A stretch of DNA of 24,507 nucleotides from a virus (lineage: Duplodnaviria > Caudoviricetes). Each line of letters opens with the position of its first letter. Position 1 is the first letter of the stretch. The notes beneath the pieces are model-generated. The model was not told where the DNA came from. It saw only the letters and a program-made list of their open reading frames with translations, and did no database searches. The stretch covers positions 1 to 24,507 of the IMG/VR virus record IMGVR_UViG_3300006802_000538; one strand, written 5' to 3'. The translations under genes and the position numbers were made by a program. Shown here piece after piece: positions 24,395 through 24,507 of the stretch.

Positions 24395-24505
24395 CTATGC
24401 TACTCGTGACCATGTCGTGGTCTGGGAATCGTCTACAACAGACCACCCCGGGGAAGAAGTTCCCTCTACGGCAGCCCATGCGGGTGTCTGTGAGTCTGAA
24501 ACAGT
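24395..24505 (-). CDS. Partial virion protein, C-terminal end with Trp every 11 residues
   Basis: Frame not in the ORF track: ...TVSDSQTPAWAAVEGTSSPGWSVVDDSQTTTWSRVA-stop. The TAG overlaps the AGGAG SD of the tail fibre gene. Confidence 0.75.
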   Translation of the reverse strand, partial: TVSDSQTPAWAAVEGTSSPGWSVVDDSQTTTWSRVA

Positions 24506-24507
24506 CA

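Larger units (their letters stand above)
1..24507. mobile_element. Tailed dsDNA bacteriophage genome fragment (podovirus-like): replication module plus tail/ejection module
   Basis: Dense, overlapping genes. Phage-type PolA lacking a 5'-3' exonuclease, AEP primase, SNF2 helicase, exonuclease, nozzle, tail fibre and large internal proteins are present, with no host housekeeping genes. Prophage versus free phage cannot be decided (no integrase or att site seen). Confidence 0.95.

Noticed and set aside
24294-24479. 61-aa minus-strand ORF in the track
   Set aside because: It overlaps the fibre start out of frame; the frame ending at 24395 is the more plausible gene.
1-24507. Alternative genetic code or stop-codon readthrough
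   Set aside because: Genes tile the window under the standard code and use TAA, TAG and TGA as stops.

Overview
The whole window is a fragment of a tailed dsDNA phage (Caudoviricetes, most likely podovirus morphotype), with no host genes, integrase, tRNA or CRISPR array seen. Left arm (1-9446) is a replication module: family A DNA polymerase (Leu762 type), short UvrD-like SF1 helicase, archaeo-eukaryotic-type primase, SSB-like protein and small conserved ORFs on the minus strand. Divergent from these on the plus strand are an SNF2-like helicase and a PD-(D/E)XK exonuclease. Right arm (9388-24507, minus strand) is a virion module: tail fibre with 65-aa repeats, beta-propeller nozzle/DNA-stabilisation protein, collagen-C1q-like tip protein, a small structural protein and four large internal/ejection proteins. 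From memory, gene order and motifs resemble HTVC023P/vSAG 37-F6-like aquatic phages (not verified). The most interesting signals are in the ejection cluster: (1) a duplicated AxGG...D-x9-E module resembling the tape-measure C-terminus, plus orphan AxGG sites after acidic leaders, suggesting a GG-directed processing system; (2) a 1016-aa protein with mirror-symmetric repeat arms, suggesting a length-tuned hairpin conduit; (3) an SD-sequestering RNA structure at the head of the cluster. All calls were made by eye without database searches.
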